A program made the translations under genes and the position numbers. The notes beneath the pieces were generated by a model. That model ran no database searches. It was not told the DNA's origin and saw only the letters and a program-made list of their open reading frames with translations. From NCBI RefSeq assembly GCF_018977255.1, contig NW_024704805.1, forward strand, positions 1-64,000: 64,000 bases of DNA, written 5' to 3'. Below are positions 62,232 through 64,000 of this stretch, piece after piece (position 1 is the first letter of the stretch; each line of letters begins with the position of its first letter). Source of the DNA: Callorhinchus milii (taxonomy: Eukaryota).

Positions 62232-64000
62232 TCTCTCACCGCTGGGAGATACCGTCAGCCCCGGACAACTGAGAGTGACTGTGAGTAACACAGGGCTGTT
62301 CTGTAAGAGCGTTGGAGACTGGGTTTATTTGTGTTGAACAGCGTCACATCATGGCTGGTATCAGCAGCTTTGAGGGATTGGCGGTGGTTGGTTTGGAGGC
62401 GGAGCGGAAAACATACATTAGGAAAGGTACTGACTATCTGTGCCCGAGAGCTTGGAGCAGAAGAGGGGGTGTTTGGGTGTGACTGTTGACCGCTCAGTCA
62501 GGATTAAATGGACAAATGACGAGGAGCCAATGGGAGGAATTACATGCAGACACTCGGATTGGGTCAAAGGGTGTGTGATATTGAGAGGGGCTTCACTGAG
62601 AGTTCGGAAAGACACATAAAAAAGCAACTAGTACACCAGTGACTTGGAGTGAGTTTTATTACAGTGACCAGCAGCTGGGTGTGGAGGCCGCTCAAAGCAG
62701 CGGGGAGTTCGATTGAAGGTTTGGGGCATTTGTAAGAGCCGTGGGTATTAGAGAGGGTGATAAAGGAATGGAGGGGCTGTATGGCCCGTAGCGGGGAAGA
62801 CGATGAAGTCATAAGGATGTTTAGTGTACACTATATCCCGTGAAGCGCTTTAAGACGTCACAAAGACATAAGTTGCTGTATTTATCAGAAATGTTATTAT
62901 TGGTCTGTGCCTCTGGAATTCTCTGTCTGTCTGTCTTTCTGTCTGTCAACCTGTCGGTCTGCCTGTCGATCTCCTTGTCNNNNNNNNNNNNNNNNNNNNN
63001 NNNNNNNNNNNNNNNNNNNNNNNNNNNNNNNNNNNNNNNNNNNNNNNNNNNNNNNNNNNNNNNNNNNNNNNNNNNNNNNNNNNNNNNNNNNNNNNNNNNN
63101 NNNNNNNNNNNNNNNNNNNNNNNNNNNNNNNNNNNNNNNNNNNNNNNNNNNNNNNNNNNNNNNNNNNNNNNNNNNNNNNNNNNNNNNNNNNNNNNNNNNN
63201 NNNNNNNNNNNNNNNNNNNNNNNNNNNNCATTAGTTTAGTTTAAATGCTCCAAACACACAGTCTCACACACAGACAAAAACACCTATTCAAACACACACC
63301 TCTCTTTACTGTTTAAAGCAGTATGAAACCGCTTGTTTGTTGAATGTTGGATCGCTTTCCAGCAATAACTTTCCGACAGAATAATAATAATAACAATTTG
63401 ATTACTTAACCCATGAGTGTGTGTAGGACGGAGCTTTTTTTAGGTAAACGCTCAAATTGTGCGCCACTTCTCGCCTACAAAATAAACAGTCACTACACTT
63501 TACAGTGGATTCTGTGAAGCACTTTGTGACGCCTCGATGACTTGATGAGGCACTGTATACAATTGAAGGAGTACGATCATTATTAATGTTTTTGACGACT
63601 GTCATTGGTCTTGAGCATTCGGTTAATTTAGTGGGTTTGAAGAGGAGGCTGAAAGGTTGATTGACTTTATATTTTGTGTTGAAGATAGAGCAGTCAACGG
63701 ACAGTCTTGGATTGAGTGACTGGATTACTAATCTACTAGTTTATTTATTGAATTTTTACAAAAAAACAATATATTTGTTTTATTGTTTAAAGGATTGTTG
63801 CCACCGGGAAACCGATCTGTCAAAGAAAGAAGATATGGTTTCCTACATACAATAAGGTAAGCAAAGTCATGTGTGTACTAAGGAAACTGCCGGACGTTTC
63901 TCCCTGCCCGGGAATCGAGCCCAGGTTCTCTCGCTTGCGACACTAGTTCTCTAACCACTGAGTTACAGGACCACACATTATTTTTAGTGCTCAGCCCCAA

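Larger units (their letters stand above)
57897..64000 (+). repeat. Near-identical segmental duplicate of 10104-16157 (cassette 3 block), running off the window end
   Basis: Collinear, with very few differences over most of its length; N gap between the same flanking sequences. Confidence 0.92.

Overview
Vertebrate genomic DNA, almost certainly a cartilaginous fish; the SINE/L2 content would fit a chimaera such as Callorhinchus, but the species is inference. The window is part of a T-cell receptor alpha/delta variable-gene array with every segment on the minus strand. It holds three complete NAR-TCR cassettes (about 10.4-14.4 kb, 53.7-57.7 kb and 58.2-62.2 kb). Each cassette is: leader, IgNAR-like V with a 22-bp-spacer RSS, one 17-nt D flanked by 12/12 RSS, a J with a 23-RSS, and a downstream 'supporting' TCR-delta V with a CDR1 cysteine and its own 23-RSS. 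Between the cassettes lie 11 conventional TCR alpha/delta-type V segments (3 apparently intact, 1 cut by a gap, the rest ORF or pseudogene). There is also a GPR139/142-like GPCR exon with one premature stop, L2/CR1 LINE fragments, many tRNA-derived SINEs, micro- and minisatellites, and four N gaps. No constant region, no TCR D/J cluster and no bacterial-type features were seen. All coordinates were counted by hand; repeat boundaries are approximate.
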